Below, one piece after another: positions 49,850-63,776 of a stretch of DNA of 64,000 nt. A program made the translations under genes and the position numbers. Each line of letters begins with the position of its first letter. Within the stretch, counting starts at the first letter, position 1. Origin of the DNA: Eledone cirrhosa (lineage: Eukaryota); assembly GCA_964016885.1 (NCBI GenBank), contig OZ024743.1:167090001-167154000 (forward strand). The letters run 5' to 3'. The notes beneath the pieces were generated by a model, which was given only the letters and a program-made list of their open reading frames with translations, had not been told where the DNA came from and did no database searches.

Positions 49850-50240
49850 AATGGTGACATATGCTTGTGAGACATAGAAAGAGACCTGTAGAAATCTATA
49901 GAACTGCAGATGTCTTCCATAAACTTTGCCTTAGAATCATATTTAGGATTTCTTGGTGTGACTACATCATAAATAAGGATGTCATGGAAAGGGCGTTGCT
50001 GAGTATTCTGCAAAATACCATCACCGTACAATAGCAGAAGATGCTTGGCCATGTGCTACGCTTATCCACAATGGAAACCAGGAGAAGGACATAAGAAGCG
50101 AGGAAGACCTGTCAAGGCCTGGCAAACATGGGCTTCGCCTCAGAGCCAGCCCTTGACAAGGCTTGCGACTGTGCAGAATGGAATTCCCTTGTCACCCAAT
50201 GCTCCATAGGGAGCAAAAAGAACTAAAACAGAAGAAGAAA
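49850..50240 (+). mobile_element. Old RTE-type LINE 3' fragment
   Basis: FHKLCLRIILG...MLGHVLRL...WKPGEGHKKRGRP, with a (GAA)n tail. Confidence 0.65.
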
Positions 50241-50711
50241 TAAGTTATTTACAATATTGATACAGGGGATATGTACATATTTAGAGTATTAGTGTATGAA
50301 ATGAGTATATACCTCCAATACATGAGATAAATATTTGCAATACTAGGGCATGGGATAAACACATATTTACAATGTTAGGGCATATAATAAATACATATTT
50401 TACCATATATATTTAAAGAACATCAGATCTAATTATAAGCTGATATACTGTCAACTCTTACAAATTTATCAGGTAGCTTTTAAAAATAGTTTATGTATTA
50501 TTTTTTTTTGGGGGGGGGGGGTTAGTGTGTAAATGGGAGTGGAGTGGTCTGTATAATGTGCCTAGGTACAAAGTTTTGTAGTCTGAATATATGGAGTGTG
50601 GGAGGGGGCATTTCAATTGACTTCAACTATTTTTTGCAATTTCAAGACCAAGAGTCATTCTAGGGGTGTTCAAGTGATGATATATCTATAATATTTATCT
50701 TTTTAAAATAG

Positions 50712-50760
50712 AGGATGAAGATGAAGCCTGGGTCTATTTGCTGAGTTCTTGGGAATCAAG
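50712..50760 (+). CDS. SOL/calpain-15-like gene, short 49-nt exon (CysPc)
   Basis: Acceptor tttttaaaatag|AG completes Lys. Translates DEDEAWVYLLSSWES, resembling the SOL-calpain 'W..LLSS.E.GFLMGAS' segment. Donor AG|gtatga, phase 2. Confidence 0.8.
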
Positions 50761-51384
50761 GTATGACAATTTCAAAGTTTGTTTCTAAAATTCGTTGTTG
50801 TTGATGTTTAATGTCAAGTCATCTCTGAGCAGACATGATCAAGAGTGCTCTTGCCTTAAACATTCCCTCTATTTGATAACTGTCTAAAACTATGTTATCC
50901 AATGTCTCCCATTTTTAAAGGATTGGGGTTTGTAAATTAAGGGAAATTTAGCAGTTATTTTAACTAACCAAATGTCAGCATAGAGGTTCCCACATTTGTT
51001 CTGATTAACTAATTAACTCTTCACAACATATTTCTAATGAAATACATTCTGTTTCAATTAATTGATGAAGAATTTTCTGGGATTTTCTAAAATTATTCCC
51101 TATTTGATTATTAATATACTAATTTAAGATATAGCCATTAATATATACATACATATATATATAATAATAATACTATTTATAGTTATATATATAGTATAAA
51201 CAACTATAAACAGGAAGGTCAGTAATTTCCTATTACCTTATTACCAGTAAGAGAAATAGCTCAATGTATGAACATCAGTTGTTTTACAGAGCAGGAAAAT
51301 AAATAAATTATACAATTATCAAAGTTGTGTTCAAATCATTTAATAGCTGACAATCGTTTCTTCCAAACTCTCATTCAACTGAAC

Positions 51385-51545
51385 AACCACCGCCACCATC
51401 AGTCACCATCCATCACCACCACCATCACCATCACTGACACCATCCACCACCTCCACCACTACCACCACCACCACCACCACCATCACCATGACTGACCCTA
51501 TCCACCATCCACCACCATCACTGGCACTATCCACCACCATTACCA
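51385..51545. repeat. Imperfect (CAC/CAT)n repeat
   Basis: Direct reading. Confidence 0.85.
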
Positions 51546-51745
51546 ACGTAAAGCAAACAATTATTATTATTATTATATAAAAACTGAACTGGACTGAGAA
51601 AAGTCAACAGTTGACATGATTTTGATTTTGTATCAGTACTGACGGTAATATATATATATATGTATGTATATATGTATGTGAGTGTGTTTGTATGCATGAA
51701 TGAGTGTTGGTGTGTGAGTGGCGTGTTTGTAGTTTGTATGCATGA

Positions 51746-53050
51746 GTGGTCGTGCTCGGTGTGTAGGAAAGGCGTAGGTAGAAACTCCATTTTATGTCCT
51801 AAATGCAAAGTATGGGTGCATAAAAGATGTAGTGGGATCACAGGTAAGCTAACTAAGAACATAGATTTTACATGTGGCCGGTGTTCTGGTGCAATAAGTA
51901 GCAGCAAGTGCCCACAAAATACTAGCTCTTTCAATTGCGCAGAGGGTTCTATAGAAATAGTGGACAGCTTCCGTTACCTGGGCGATAAAATCAGCAGTGG
52001 GGGAGGGTGCTCTGAAAGTACTGTAGCTAGAGTCAGAACTGGTTGGAAAAAGTTCAGAGAGCTGATACCACTATTAGCTGCTAAAGGGTTCTCCCTAAAA
52101 ATGAAAGGCAGGTTGTACGATGCCTGCATACGAACAGCAATGCTGCATGGCAGTGAGACCTGGGCATTGTGTGCAGAGGATATACGCAGACTAGAGAGGA
52201 ACGAAGCTTGCATGCTCCGCTGGATGTGTAACAGTAATATACGTGAACGGCAAAGCATAAACGAACTAAGGAAAAAATTAGAGATAAGAGGGATCAGATG
52301 TTGTTTACTCGAGAGAAGGCTACGTTGGTATGGACACGTGATGCGCATGAAAGTCGATAGCTGTATAACAAAGTGCAGGGCAATAAAGATAGACGGTAGT
52401 CACGGAATAGGCAGACCTAGAAAAACCTGGGACGAGCTGATAAACTCCGACCTTACACACTTACACCTCTCCAAGACAATGTCACTGGACCGAGACCTTT
52501 GGCGGTACTCAGTAACAGAGAAGACCCGCCTTACCTAAATACATAGTAAAACCTACTACAGTCAGTAGGCATCTCTAACAAAATACACCCCGTTCCACCA
52601 CCACCACCCCCCACCCCATCCACACCACCCCGTTCTATGTAAAGTTATGTTGGTGCCGCGCCATCGAGGCCGAAACAAATGAGATCGTGTAGGTGTCGAC
52701 AAAAAACACACAGTCCACGCTGTAATGTGGCCGTGTAGGCAACACGGTAAAAACCTCCCAGACCCACACTGTAAATGTGGTTGGTGTTAGGAAGGGCATC
52801 CAACTGTAGAAAACCTGCCAGACAGTCCACGCTGTAATGTGGCCGTGTAGGCAACACGGTAAAAACCTCCCAGCCCCACACTGTAAATGTGGTTGGTGTT
52901 AGGAAGGGCATCCAACTGTAGAAAACCTGCCAGACAGTCCTATGCGAGCAAGACAATCACTCTTGCCTCAAGTGGGACTACCCCCGTCCAAACCCATGCA
53001 AGCGTGGAACACGGACGTTAAACGTTGATGATGATGATGATGATGATGAT
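51746..53050 (+). mobile_element. RTE subfamily A 3' fragment
   Basis: ORF 51660-52538 from W.CSVCRKG onward is nearly identical to 44245-45034. 3'UTR has a 112-bp duplication. (GAT)n tail. Confidence 0.95.
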
Positions 53051-53102
53051 GAGTGTTGGTGTGTGCGTGTCGTGTCAATAAGTGGTGTTTTTTTTTTTTA
53101 TG

Positions 53103-55788
53103 ACCATGCTGTAAAATGGAGGGGTAGAGAGGGCCCTTGAGTCTAGTAAGACATCCTCTCTATTGCTGGTGGCACAAATGAGAGCACCCAGTCCATGCTG
53201 TAAAGTGGCGCTGGTGTTAGGAAGGGCATCCAACCAGTGTATCAATGCCAAAATGCTTATCAGCACAGCAACAAATAGGACAACAACAAAATATTAATTT
53301 TGTGATGCAAGTACACTGACTATTTGCAACACAAACTTCCAGAAACCTGCCAATCACCTAATAACCTACAAATCTGGCGAGCACATAAGCCAGATTGACT
53401 TCTTACTAGTTAGGCAGCAGGACAGGCAGATAGTGTCTAATACCAAGGCATACCCTGGGGAAGAATGTACCCCACAGCATAGGTTAGTCGTTAGTGATAT
53501 CTCAGTAAGCAAGAGATGGAATGAGACATACAGGAAGGTGTGGAGAAGAAAGGTCTGGAAGCTAAAAGACCTTTCACTAAAATACAAATTTAGGAAAGCC
53601 TTTCAAGACGAAAAAGAAGACGATTTAGATACGTATGACATAGATAATAACTGGAATTTCTTACGTGACAACTTGATGAAACTTGTGGCTGGAGCAGAGC
53701 TCCAACCAGACAGAGAGTGACCTGGTGGTGGACAGCACAATAGATAAGGCCATTAGAGACAAAAGACTAGCATGGAAGGCTTGGAAAAAGGGTGGGAGTA
53801 GGGAAGAATATACAACCGCTAAGAGAGAAGCTAGTACTTAGCGTGCAGGGAGACTGAGAGTAGGAGGTTTGCCAATGTTTTGCGACGGGAAGATCAGTGG
53901 CGTACAGTGTTCCACATTGCAAGGCAGTGTGTCAATGCAAAGCAGGATGTTGTTGGAGATAAATGTGTCTGGGATGATGCCGGTGTACTTAGTGTCATGA
54001 ATGATCAGAAAAAGGAGGCCTGGAAATGTCATTGAGAGACTGATGAATGTGGAGAACGAATGGGAGAGAGAGAAATTACTCTTAGTCGCTCCAACAGGGA
54101 CCAGCTAGTGAGATTGACGAATATAGGGTCCAAGAGGCGATTAAGGAAATGAAAAATGGTAAGGCTGCTGGACCATCGGGAATTGTTGCTGAGATGCTGA
54201 AGGCATCAGGGGACGTAGGCACTAAACTGGTTGCACGCATCATCAATCAGGTTATATATGGTGGTGTCATAACCAAAGACTGGTGCAGCAGTATTCTCAT
54301 AAATTGCTACAAAGGTAAAGGGGAGGCTCTGGAGAGGAGCAATTATAGGGGTATAAAACTGATAGATCAGGTTATGAAAATGGCAGAAAGGATATTAGCA
54401 CAACTAATTAGAGAGAGGGTCAAACTAGATGAGATGCAGTTTGGTTTTGTGCCTGGGAAGAGTACAACAGATGCCCTCTTCTTGGTGAGACAATTGCAAG
54501 AGAGGTTCTTAGAGAAAAATAAGCCACTATACTTAGCCTTTGTTGACCTAGAGAAGGCCTTTGATAGGGTACCCCAATCTGTCATCTGGTGGTCCTTAAG
54601 GAAACTAGGTGTTGAGGAATGGCTTGTGAGGACAGTGCAAACTTTGTACAGAGGTACTCTCAGTAAAGTCAGGGTAGGAATGGAGTTTAGTGAGGAATTC
54701 CAGATACAAGTAGGAGTACATCAAGGTTCGGTAGCAGCCCGCTCTTGTTCATTATAGTCTTCCAAGCCATAACAGAGGAGTTTAAGACTGACTGTCCATG
54801 GGAACTTCTCTATGCTGACGATCTGGTTCTTATAGCAGAATCAGTAGAGGAGCTAGAGAATAAATTCTGGCTATAGAAACAGTAGTTGGAAGCAAGAGGA
54901 CTGAGAGTGAACATAGCTAAGACAAAAGTGTTGATGAGTAGAAAAGAAGACAAAACTCTGATTCCGTCAGGGAAATGGCCATGTATGATATGAAGAAAAG
55001 GAACTGGCATAAATTCTATAAAATGCACACAATGCAGATCCTGGGTACACAAGAGATATAGTGGGATAGCATGCAAACTAACAGGTAGGGAGAAATATGT
55101 ATGCAGTAGATGTACAGGGAAATTAGACAGTAGAAGTCGCATCGATAGACACATTTTTCAAATGCAGGAGGGTTCTATAGAAGGGTGGATAGCTTCCGGT
55201 ACCTAGGAGATCAGATTAGCATGGGAGGAGGGTGTTCCGAGGCCATAGTATCTAGAATAAGGATATGTTGAAAGAAGTTTAGGCAGCTGCTTCCTCTGCT
55301 GACGAAGAAGGGTTTCTCCCTGCGTACGAAAGGCCGGTTGTATGATGCCTGTGTGAGGAGTGCGATGTTGCATGGTAGTGAGACATGGGCCACAACTGCA
55401 GAGGATATGCGACGGCTGGAGAGAAATAAGGCAAGCATGCTCCGTTGGATGTGCGTGAACGACCCAGCATGAATGTGTTGAGAGAGAAATTGTGTCTGAG
55501 AGGGATAGAATGTAGTGTACGGGAGAGGAGACTGAGGTGGTATGGACATGTGATGCGCATGCAGGATGACCGATGGGTGAATAAGTGCCAGGAAATGCCA
55601 GTTGAAGGAAGACGTGGTAGAGGTAGACCACGAAAAACATGGGCGGAGGTGGTGAGAACAGACCTCAGATCATTGAAGCTCACGGTGGAGATGACGAAGG
55701 ACCGTGACGAGTGGAGAGATGCTGTGCTGAATAAGACCCGTCCCACCCTTGCACGCAGGGAAGAGTGGACGTAAAATGATGATGATGA
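53103..55788 (+). mobile_element. RTE subfamily B, internally deleted and degraded
   Basis: 5'UTR matches 14806-14980, then jumps to FCDASTLTICN. RT motifs with stops. (GAT)n tail. Confidence 0.93.
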
Positions 55789-58537
55789 TATATTGATGTT
55801 GTGAGCAATACTTTCGTATTTACACGGTGGAATGGATGTGACACATATTTTACGATAATTGTACAAAAATTCAAATTAAAAGCACAGAGTGGAATACATG
55901 CAACAGATAATACAAGAGAATAGTCCAATAATTAAAGAGGCATTATGAAAGGAGCTTTGAGAAAGAAGGAGTTCATTAGCAATACATATGCAGGTGTGTA
56001 GAAAGTGCACATGCGTTAGACATATATATGAGAAGGAAACAAGCAAAGTTATTATGTATCTATAGATAAATAAATACTGTATTTTAAGCAAAAATATAGT
56101 GTACTAAAATCTAAGGTGGACATAGTTTGTTGATAGTGTCTGAATTTGTGTGTGTTGAGAAGAATAAAGTTATTGCAGTCTCTTTTCATTACATATGTTG
56201 AATTATATTTAAGTTAATGTTTATATTGAATGTTTAAGTTAGTTAAAGCAATATATTGTAAATTAGTCTTATTGTTTTCATATACATGGACTACATTAGT
56301 TCAACAGGTAGGTTTTCTAACGGTTAAAATATCCGGAAGTGAGTAAGGGGAGGTAACTAGCTAATTAAATTCAGTTATTCAAAATCTTTGCTCTAATACA
56401 CATTATAATGTGATACAATAGAATCTCTATTACATAATGCTATACATTTATACTTGATTTTAAACACAGTGTATTTTATTATAATACATTAAAGGTCCCG
56501 TAAGATTGTTATCCATTCATTACTGGACAAGATATATGTTATGGAAAATAGCTGTTTATATGTTTAACTAGATATATCACCTGTGTAACAATATACATTA
56601 TTGTTTAAAAATTAATCCTATGCATACAATGCTATTACATTATATATTTAAATATAAATGTATATATACTTTATTATTACTACATTGTGTTAAAGGTAGA
56701 TCCCTTATATACATGTTATTAATTTAAGTATTTAATTACACAAATGTCTATATAGTTTATTATTACATATTACATTAAATGTTTCTGCATATTAAATATC
56801 CATTACTTCATATAATATAATTAAGTTATACTAGTTATACCAAAAGGTGGTAACTTTATGTTTAATTCTAACAGTTATTGAAGAGTATAAGGTTAGAGGT
56901 ACATAGGAGTTGTGTAGAAGGAAGAGCTGATCAAAGAGTGTGTAGTTGTGGGGGCTGATACATTCTAGATGTGAAGTTTTAAAGGTGGTGGAGAATTCAA
57001 ATCTGACATTGATATATACTAACAGCTAGGTTTAAAGTTATGGAAAGAGTGACAGTATCGGTGTTGGCACGAGGAAAATGTCTCCGACTTTTTATTAAGG
57101 AGGTCTGGTTTCGAAAAGATTATAATATGGGTCTCTAGAAGACAGAGATTACACAATTTATTCAGTGGTTTATACGATGAGGCCCTACCTACTACTTCTC
57201 ATTGCAGTGTAAATGGTCTATTCCTAGTTTTCAGAGAATGTACGTAGCTAGATAAAGAAGTGAAGTTGGCTAGATTGTGTTTCTTGAAAGAGTGGAGGTG
57301 CGAGTTGTATCTCGTCTTGAAGCTGTTCGAAGTAGAGCCGATATATGTTTTAGAAGAGTTGTTTGCATTGACGGTGCATGAGTAGATGATGTCTTTGGTT
57401 AAGCAATTATTACCTAAGGGGCAAGTTCTATTAGTTCTACAGTTACATTTATTCTGGGTGTTAGCTTGCCGGTTCCTATGTTGTGAAGAATTCTGGTTGC
57501 TAGGGATAACACTAGGGTAATGATGTCTATCATTCGTATTGTTATTGATTTCATTAGTGCTATTATCATTATTACTATTATTACTACTATTGTTTACAGG
57601 TACTAAGTTTACCTCCTGTTGTGTTTTAATTAGTTGGAAATAATTATTAATCTTCCTTTTATTACTACTAGCTATATTAGGTGTGGTGGAGTACGATATT
57701 TTAATTGTATTTTTATTGATAAGGCTTATGGTACATGTGGCCGGTTGGGAAGGTTTTTTCTAAGATTGAGAAGAAAGCCTTAGGCAAGTTGGTAGAGACG
57801 TTTAGATTGAAAGGGGGATTGAAGAATGTATTAGTTCTCCTTCTATTTTTTTTATAGTATTGTTTTTTTAGGTATTTATATCCCTGTTTATATTATTATT
57901 GTGGTGTTTACTTTGGTGCGAGTTAAGTTTGGTATTAACCTTCGTCCTAGAGTTATAGTGGCTAGTGTTTTTACTATTTTTCCTCATGGCCATATTATGA
58001 GAAATAATGTTGTAACTATATGATTTTATAGGTAGGAATTCAATCTCATTCTTATGTCCTAATTTAGCTAAGGCCTCATTATAGTATTGTGAATTATTGT
58101 TAAATATGGTTTCATTATATGATAGATTAGAGATTCTATTAGATTCCTTTAGTATGACTCCAAATGAGAGTTTGGAAAAAACGATTGTCAGCTATTAAAT
58201 GATTTGAACACAACTTTGATAATTGTATAATTTATTTATATATAAATATATATATCTTTGATAATGAAAAAGTAGCCCCAACATATGCAACACTCCTTAT
58301 GGATCACCTAGAGGCAAAATTATATTCCCAGCTGCAGGAAACATTCAGTCACGACTTTGCCACCTACATTAATATCAACCAGAAACGTTACCTAGACGAC
58401 TTTTTCATCTTCTGGAATAGAAGCCAAGAAGACCTGCTAAGATTCCGTTCCATCTTAAACAGGCTTCATGAAGCAATACATTTACCATGGAATATAATAA
58501 AATGGAACTAATTTTTTTGGATACCCTTATCATTAAT

Positions 58538-58720
58538 TGTTTCTACTTTAGGCACAAGGCCAGCAATTACCCAGTACATTACTGGTACTTTATTTTATCG
58601 ACCCCGTAAGGATGAAAGGCAAAGTTAACCTCGGCAGGATTTGATCTCAGACCATAAAGGGACGTAACTCTTTGCTGCAAAGCATGGCGTCCGACCCTCT
58701 ACCGATACTGCCAATCCACC
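58538..58720 (-). mobile_element. tRNA-derived SINE, family 1
   Basis: 15-bp TSD acccttatcattaat at 58523-58537 and 58721-58735. Confidence 0.92.
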
Positions 58721-58989
58721 ACCCTTATCATTAATGAAGGGGAAAATGTCAAAACAGATCTATTTTACAAACCAACAGACACACACCAATACTTGAATTT
58801 CCGATCAGCACACCCCTCACATACCAAAAGGAACATTCCCTTTAACATGGCAAGACGCATCTGCACCATAGTAACACACCCCATACAACAGGAAAAAAGA
58901 TTATATGAACTAAAAGGGTTCCTCAAAAGACAAGAATATCCGGTGAACATTATCAATATAGCCATCTCCATATATGCCATGCTCCTTTG

Positions 58990-59151
58990 TGAAGGCGCAT
59001 GGCTTAGTGGTTAGAGCATTGGGCTTGCAATCGAAAGGTTGTGAGTTCAATTCTTGGACCAGGTGATGTGTTGTTTCCTGGAGCAAGACACTTTATTTCA
59101 CGTTGCTCCAGTTTACTCAACTGTAGAAATGAGATGATAGGACTGGGGTCC
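58990..59151 (+). mobile_element. tRNA-derived SINE, family 2
   Basis: GGCGCATGGCTTAGTGGTTAGAGC A box, GAGTTCAATTC B box, gagcaagacacttt core. Diverged copy at about 60460-60590. Confidence 0.88.
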
Positions 59152-60756
59152 CTATCATTAAATTACCCAAGACACCTCCAACGAGATATACCTTGGAGGA
59201 GGCCAGCTAAACCTGCATAGGTGTGAGCTGTCACACATCTCCAAGGCCCAGAACATCCCAGTGACAACACTGAGAAAAACAAACCAACAAAATAAAAGGG
59301 AAAAAGCAGTTATCCCTTTTGTCAACACTCACAATCCAAGGAACTTCAACATTGTGAAAGCTGCTAAACAATATCTCCCAATTCTCCAGCAGTCCCCCAA
59401 AATGAATGCACTCATAAAAGACTCACAAATTATATATAGTAGACGTCAAGCACCCAACCTAAAAAAAACTGCTTACCAAGGCGACATTTGCATCTGACAA
59501 TGCAAGTTAAGAAATGCGGGGACTGTCGATACGGAACTTGTGAATACATTGAAGAGAGTGGACAAATCTTTAGAAACACTAAGATTTTTAAAGTTAACAC
59601 AAGCATGAATTGCAAAACAAAAAAGTTTATTTACTGTGCAAGCAACCCACAACGTAAAGAAAACCACATTGGAGAAAGTGGAACGGGTCTACATTACAGA
59701 GTTTGTGTCCATAAACAAGAAATTAGAGACCCCTCTGTTAGAAACACCACACTTCGCATCATGCAGGATGGGAAAATTCACAATTTTCCCCTTCTTTGAG
59801 ATATGGCCGGACAACGAGCATCTCCGGAAATATAAAAAATTTTTCATTAGAAAATACAAACTGCTACTGAACACACAAAAATGATATTCCATCTTCCAGT
59901 AATGGAATTCATTTTTAAAAATCACATTGAGAAAAGAAAAAAATATCCAAATAGAAGTGGATGATACCCACACTTTCAAACATTCTATTGTTGAAGAGGA
60001 AAACAACCCTCAGAGGTACACTACCATTTCACTAATTCCTCCTCCACCAATGTATATGTGATCTTAAATACTTCAGTAGATATGTATGATATATACAGTT
60101 TGGTGTCGATAGAGATATCTCCTTGCACATGTATGCACGCGTATTGTATGGATGAATGTAGACATGTATGTATATGTATATCTAAGTGTAAAAGGAGATA
60201 TACATGTGTGTATATGTATATATGTATGTTTGTATGCAGGTATATATGTATACATGTGTATGAATCTACATGTGTGTGCATATGGATATAGACGTGGGTG
60301 CACATGTTTATGTATGTGCATATAAATATACATGTGGTTAAAAATGTATATATATATATATGTCTGTGTACATATGCATGTATGTAAATGTATGGGTGTG
60401 TGAACACACATATGTGCACGCTTATTTGTATGGACATACATGTGTGCATGTATGTTTATAGGTGTGGTGACACGTAGCTTGGTGACTTGGGTATTCTACT
60501 CACGATTGCAAGATCGTGATTTCGATTCTCAAACCAATTGTTGTATGGTGTCTCGGATCGAGGTACTTTATTTCACATTGCTCCACAGTTGTACCTATAA
60601 CTCAGGAGGGTCAGCCTTTTCACACACTGTAGCACACTAAATCTCCGAGATACACGCCTAGGATACATGTGGTTGTGGAATGTGTACATGGGTGTATATG
60701 CATGTTTAGGTGTGTAGGTGTGTGTGTGTATGTATGTATTTTATACATATATATAT

Positions 60757-62058
60757 GTGAAGAGTTTAGCGTAAAAGTTGGTGTTCATCAGGGCTCTGTT
60801 CTTAGCCCCCTACTATTTATTATTGCCCTTCAGGCTATAACAGTGGAGTTCAAGACCGGCTGCCCATGGGAACTCCTATACGCAGATGATCTAACGCTCA
60901 TAGCTGAATCAATGGCCGAGCTAGAGAAGAAATTCCAAACATGGAAGCACGGCCTAGAATCAAAAGGCCTTAAAATTAACCTGGCTAAGACTAAAGTTCT
61001 AGTTTGTAGGAAAGAAAATAGGGCGCCGGTCCCTTCCGGGAAATGGCCATGCTCAGTGTGTAGGAAAGACGTAGGTAGAAACTCCATTTTATGTCCCGAA
61101 TGCAAAGTATGGGTGCATAAAAGATGTAGTGGGATCATAGGTAAGCTAACTAAGAACATAGATTTTACATGTGGCCGGTGCTCTGGTGCAATAAGTAGCA
61201 GCAAGTGCCCACAAAATACTAGCTCTTTCAATTGCGCAGAGGGTTCTATAGAAATAGTGGACAGCTTCCGTTACCTGGGTGACAAAATCAGCAGTGGGGG
61301 AGGGTGCTCTGAAAGTACAGTAGCTAGAGTCAGAACTGGATGGAAAAAGTTCAGAGAGCTTATACCACTATTAGCCGCTAAAGGGTTCTCCCTAAAAATG
61401 AAAGGCAGGTTGTATGATGCCTGCATACGAACAGCAATGTTGCATGGCAGTGAGACCTGGGCATTGTGTGCAGAGGATATACGCAGACTAGAGAGGAACG
61501 AAGCTTGCATGCTCCGCTGGATGTGTAATAGTAATATACGACAGCTGTATAAAAAAGTGCAGGGCAATAAAGATAGACAGTAGCCACGGAGTAGGCAGAC
61601 GTAGAAGAACCTGGGATGACCTGATAAATTCCGACCTCACACACTTATACCTCTCCAAGACAATGTCACTGGACCGAGACCTTTGGCGGTACTCAGTAAT
61701 AGAGAAGACCCGCCTTACCTAAATACAAAGTAAAACCTACTACAGTCAGTAGGCATCTCTAACAAAATACACCCCCGTCCCACCACCCCCACCCCATCCA
61801 CACCGCCCCTTTCAATGTAAAGTTATGTTGGTGCCACAACATCCAGCCCGAAACAAATGAGATCGTGTAGGTGTCACGACAAAAAACACACAGTCCACGC
61901 TGTAATGTGGTTGGTGTTAGGAAGGGCATCCAGCTGTAGAAAACCCGCCAGACAGTCCTATGTGAGCAAGACAACCACTCTTGCCTCAAGTGGGAAAACT
62001 CCCGTCCAAACCCATGCAAGCGTGGAACATGGACGTTAAACGATGATGATGATGATGA

Positions 62059-62060
<2 letters not shown>
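60757..62060 (+). mobile_element. RTE subfamily A 3' fragment with internal deletion
   Basis: EEFSVKVGVHQGS to end. Deletion at about 61540 (aatatACG|acagc). (GAT)n tail. Confidence 0.95.
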
Positions 62061-62090
<30 letters not shown>

Positions 62091-62092
<2 letters not shown>

Positions 62093-63776
62093 TCATCATC
62101 ATTATCATCATCACCGTTTTACGTCCGTTCTTCCACGCTAGCATGGGTTAGACGGGTTGTCCTGTTGTGTGCAGTGTCTGGTCGGCTGACCATGCCTTGC
62201 TCATACAGGAACTGATCTGGCTTGATTTCTACAGCTGGATGCCCTTCCTAACACCAACCTCATTTACAGTGAGTGCTGGGTGCTTTTTCGTGGCGCCTAC
62301 ACGTCCACTTTACAGTGTGGGCTGGGTGCTTTTTTGCCATGGCACCTCCACGACCACCTTGCGGTGGGGGTGTGGGGGCATATTGTTTATATGCTTCAGC
62401 ATGTACCCATGGAAGGTCGGGTACTCTGTATTACTGCGTGACGCCAGAAGTCACGGTCGTGTGTCATTGTCTTTGAGAGGTGTAATTGGGTAAGGTCGGC
62501 TTTTATCACCTCATCCCAGGTCATCTTGGGTCTCCCCACTCTGCGGTTTCCATCAACTTCTCGTGCTCTGCACCTTTTTATGCAGCTGTCATCCTTCATA
62601 CGCATCACATGTCCATACCAGCGCAACCGCCTCTCCTGCACACAGCATTTGATTCCTCTTATGCTCAGTCTCTCTCTCAATTCATTTATGCTTTGTCGTT
62701 CACGTATATTACTGTTACACATCCATCGGAGCATGCAGGCTTCATTTCTCTCTAATCTATGTAAGTCTTCCTCCTTCAGCGCCCAGGTCTCACTACCATG
62801 CAACATCGCTGTTCGGATACACGCATCATACAGTCTGCCTTTCATTCTGAGGGAGAAGCCTTTTGCAGCTAGCAGTGGTAGTAGTTCCCTAAACTTCTTC
62901 CATCCCGTTCTTACCCTAGTTATTGTACTTTCTGAACACCCACCTCCGTTGCTAATTCGGTCACCTAGGTAGCAGAAGCTGTCTACTGTTTCTACAGGGC
63001 CCTCCCAGAGATTAGCGGTACTTGTTTCCTGTGGCTGTTTGCTGCTTGCTGTTTCAGCACAGCTGCTGCATGTGAATCCTACATTCTTAATTAAGCTTCC
63101 TGAGATCCCGCTACATCTCTTGTGTACCCATTGTTTGCATTTGGGGCAGAGAATGGAGTTCCTACCTACACCTTTCCTACACACTGAGCAAGGCCATTTC
63201 GCTGAGGGGATCTGGGTTCTGTTTTCTCGTCTACTTACAAGGACCTTAGTCTTTGTCCGGTTGACCCTGAGACCCTTTCTCTCTAGTCCCTGCTTCCAAG
63301 TTTGGAATTTCTTCTCTAGTTCTACCATAGATTCAGCTATAAGTGCGAGGTCATCAGCATACAGGAGTTTCTATGGACATCCGGTCTTAAATTCATCCGT
63401 TATTGCCTGCAGGACTATGATGAACAGGAGAGGGCTAAGAACAGAGCCCTGGTGGACCCCAACCTGTACGCTAAATTCCTCGCTATACTCATTGCTAATC
63501 CTAACTTTGCTGACTGCTCCCCTATACATGGCTTGTACCGCTTTCACAAGCCATTCATCTACTCCTAGTTTTCTAAGAGCCCACCAGATTACAACACGTG
63601 GAACTCTGTCAAAGGCTTTCTCAAGGTCGACAAATGCCAAGTAGAGTGGCTTACTTTTAGCTAGGTACTTTTCCTGTAATTGCCTCACAAGGAAGAGGGC
63701 ATCAGTGGTGCCGCTTCCTGGTACAAACCCAAATTGCATCTCGTCTATTTTCACCCGGTCCCTAATCAGCTGTGCT
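62091..63776 (-). mobile_element. RTE subfamily C 3' fragment
   Basis: Near-identical to 23596-25226. One in-frame stop (CP*). (GAT)n tail. Confidence 0.95.

Larger units (their letters stand above)
51160..58235 (-). mobile_element. Second Naiad-type Penelope-like element, split by RTE insertions
   Basis: Minus-strand coding about 57030-58150 (RTNTFFNPPFNLNVSTNL, CNCRTNRTCPLGNNCLTKDIIYSCTV...YIGST). 56335-56365 is homologous to 2950-3008 and 51160-51372 to 3665-3860. Inverted partial pLTR at 58153-58235. Confidence 0.8.
58262..59990 (+). mobile_element. Penelope-like element relic (RT plus GIY-YIG) with two SINE insertions
   Basis: APTYATLLMDHLE, RYLDD, TDLFYKPTDTHQYLNFRSAHP, CGDCRYGTC, FIYC...HIGESG..L..R...HKQEIR. 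Confidence 0.88.
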
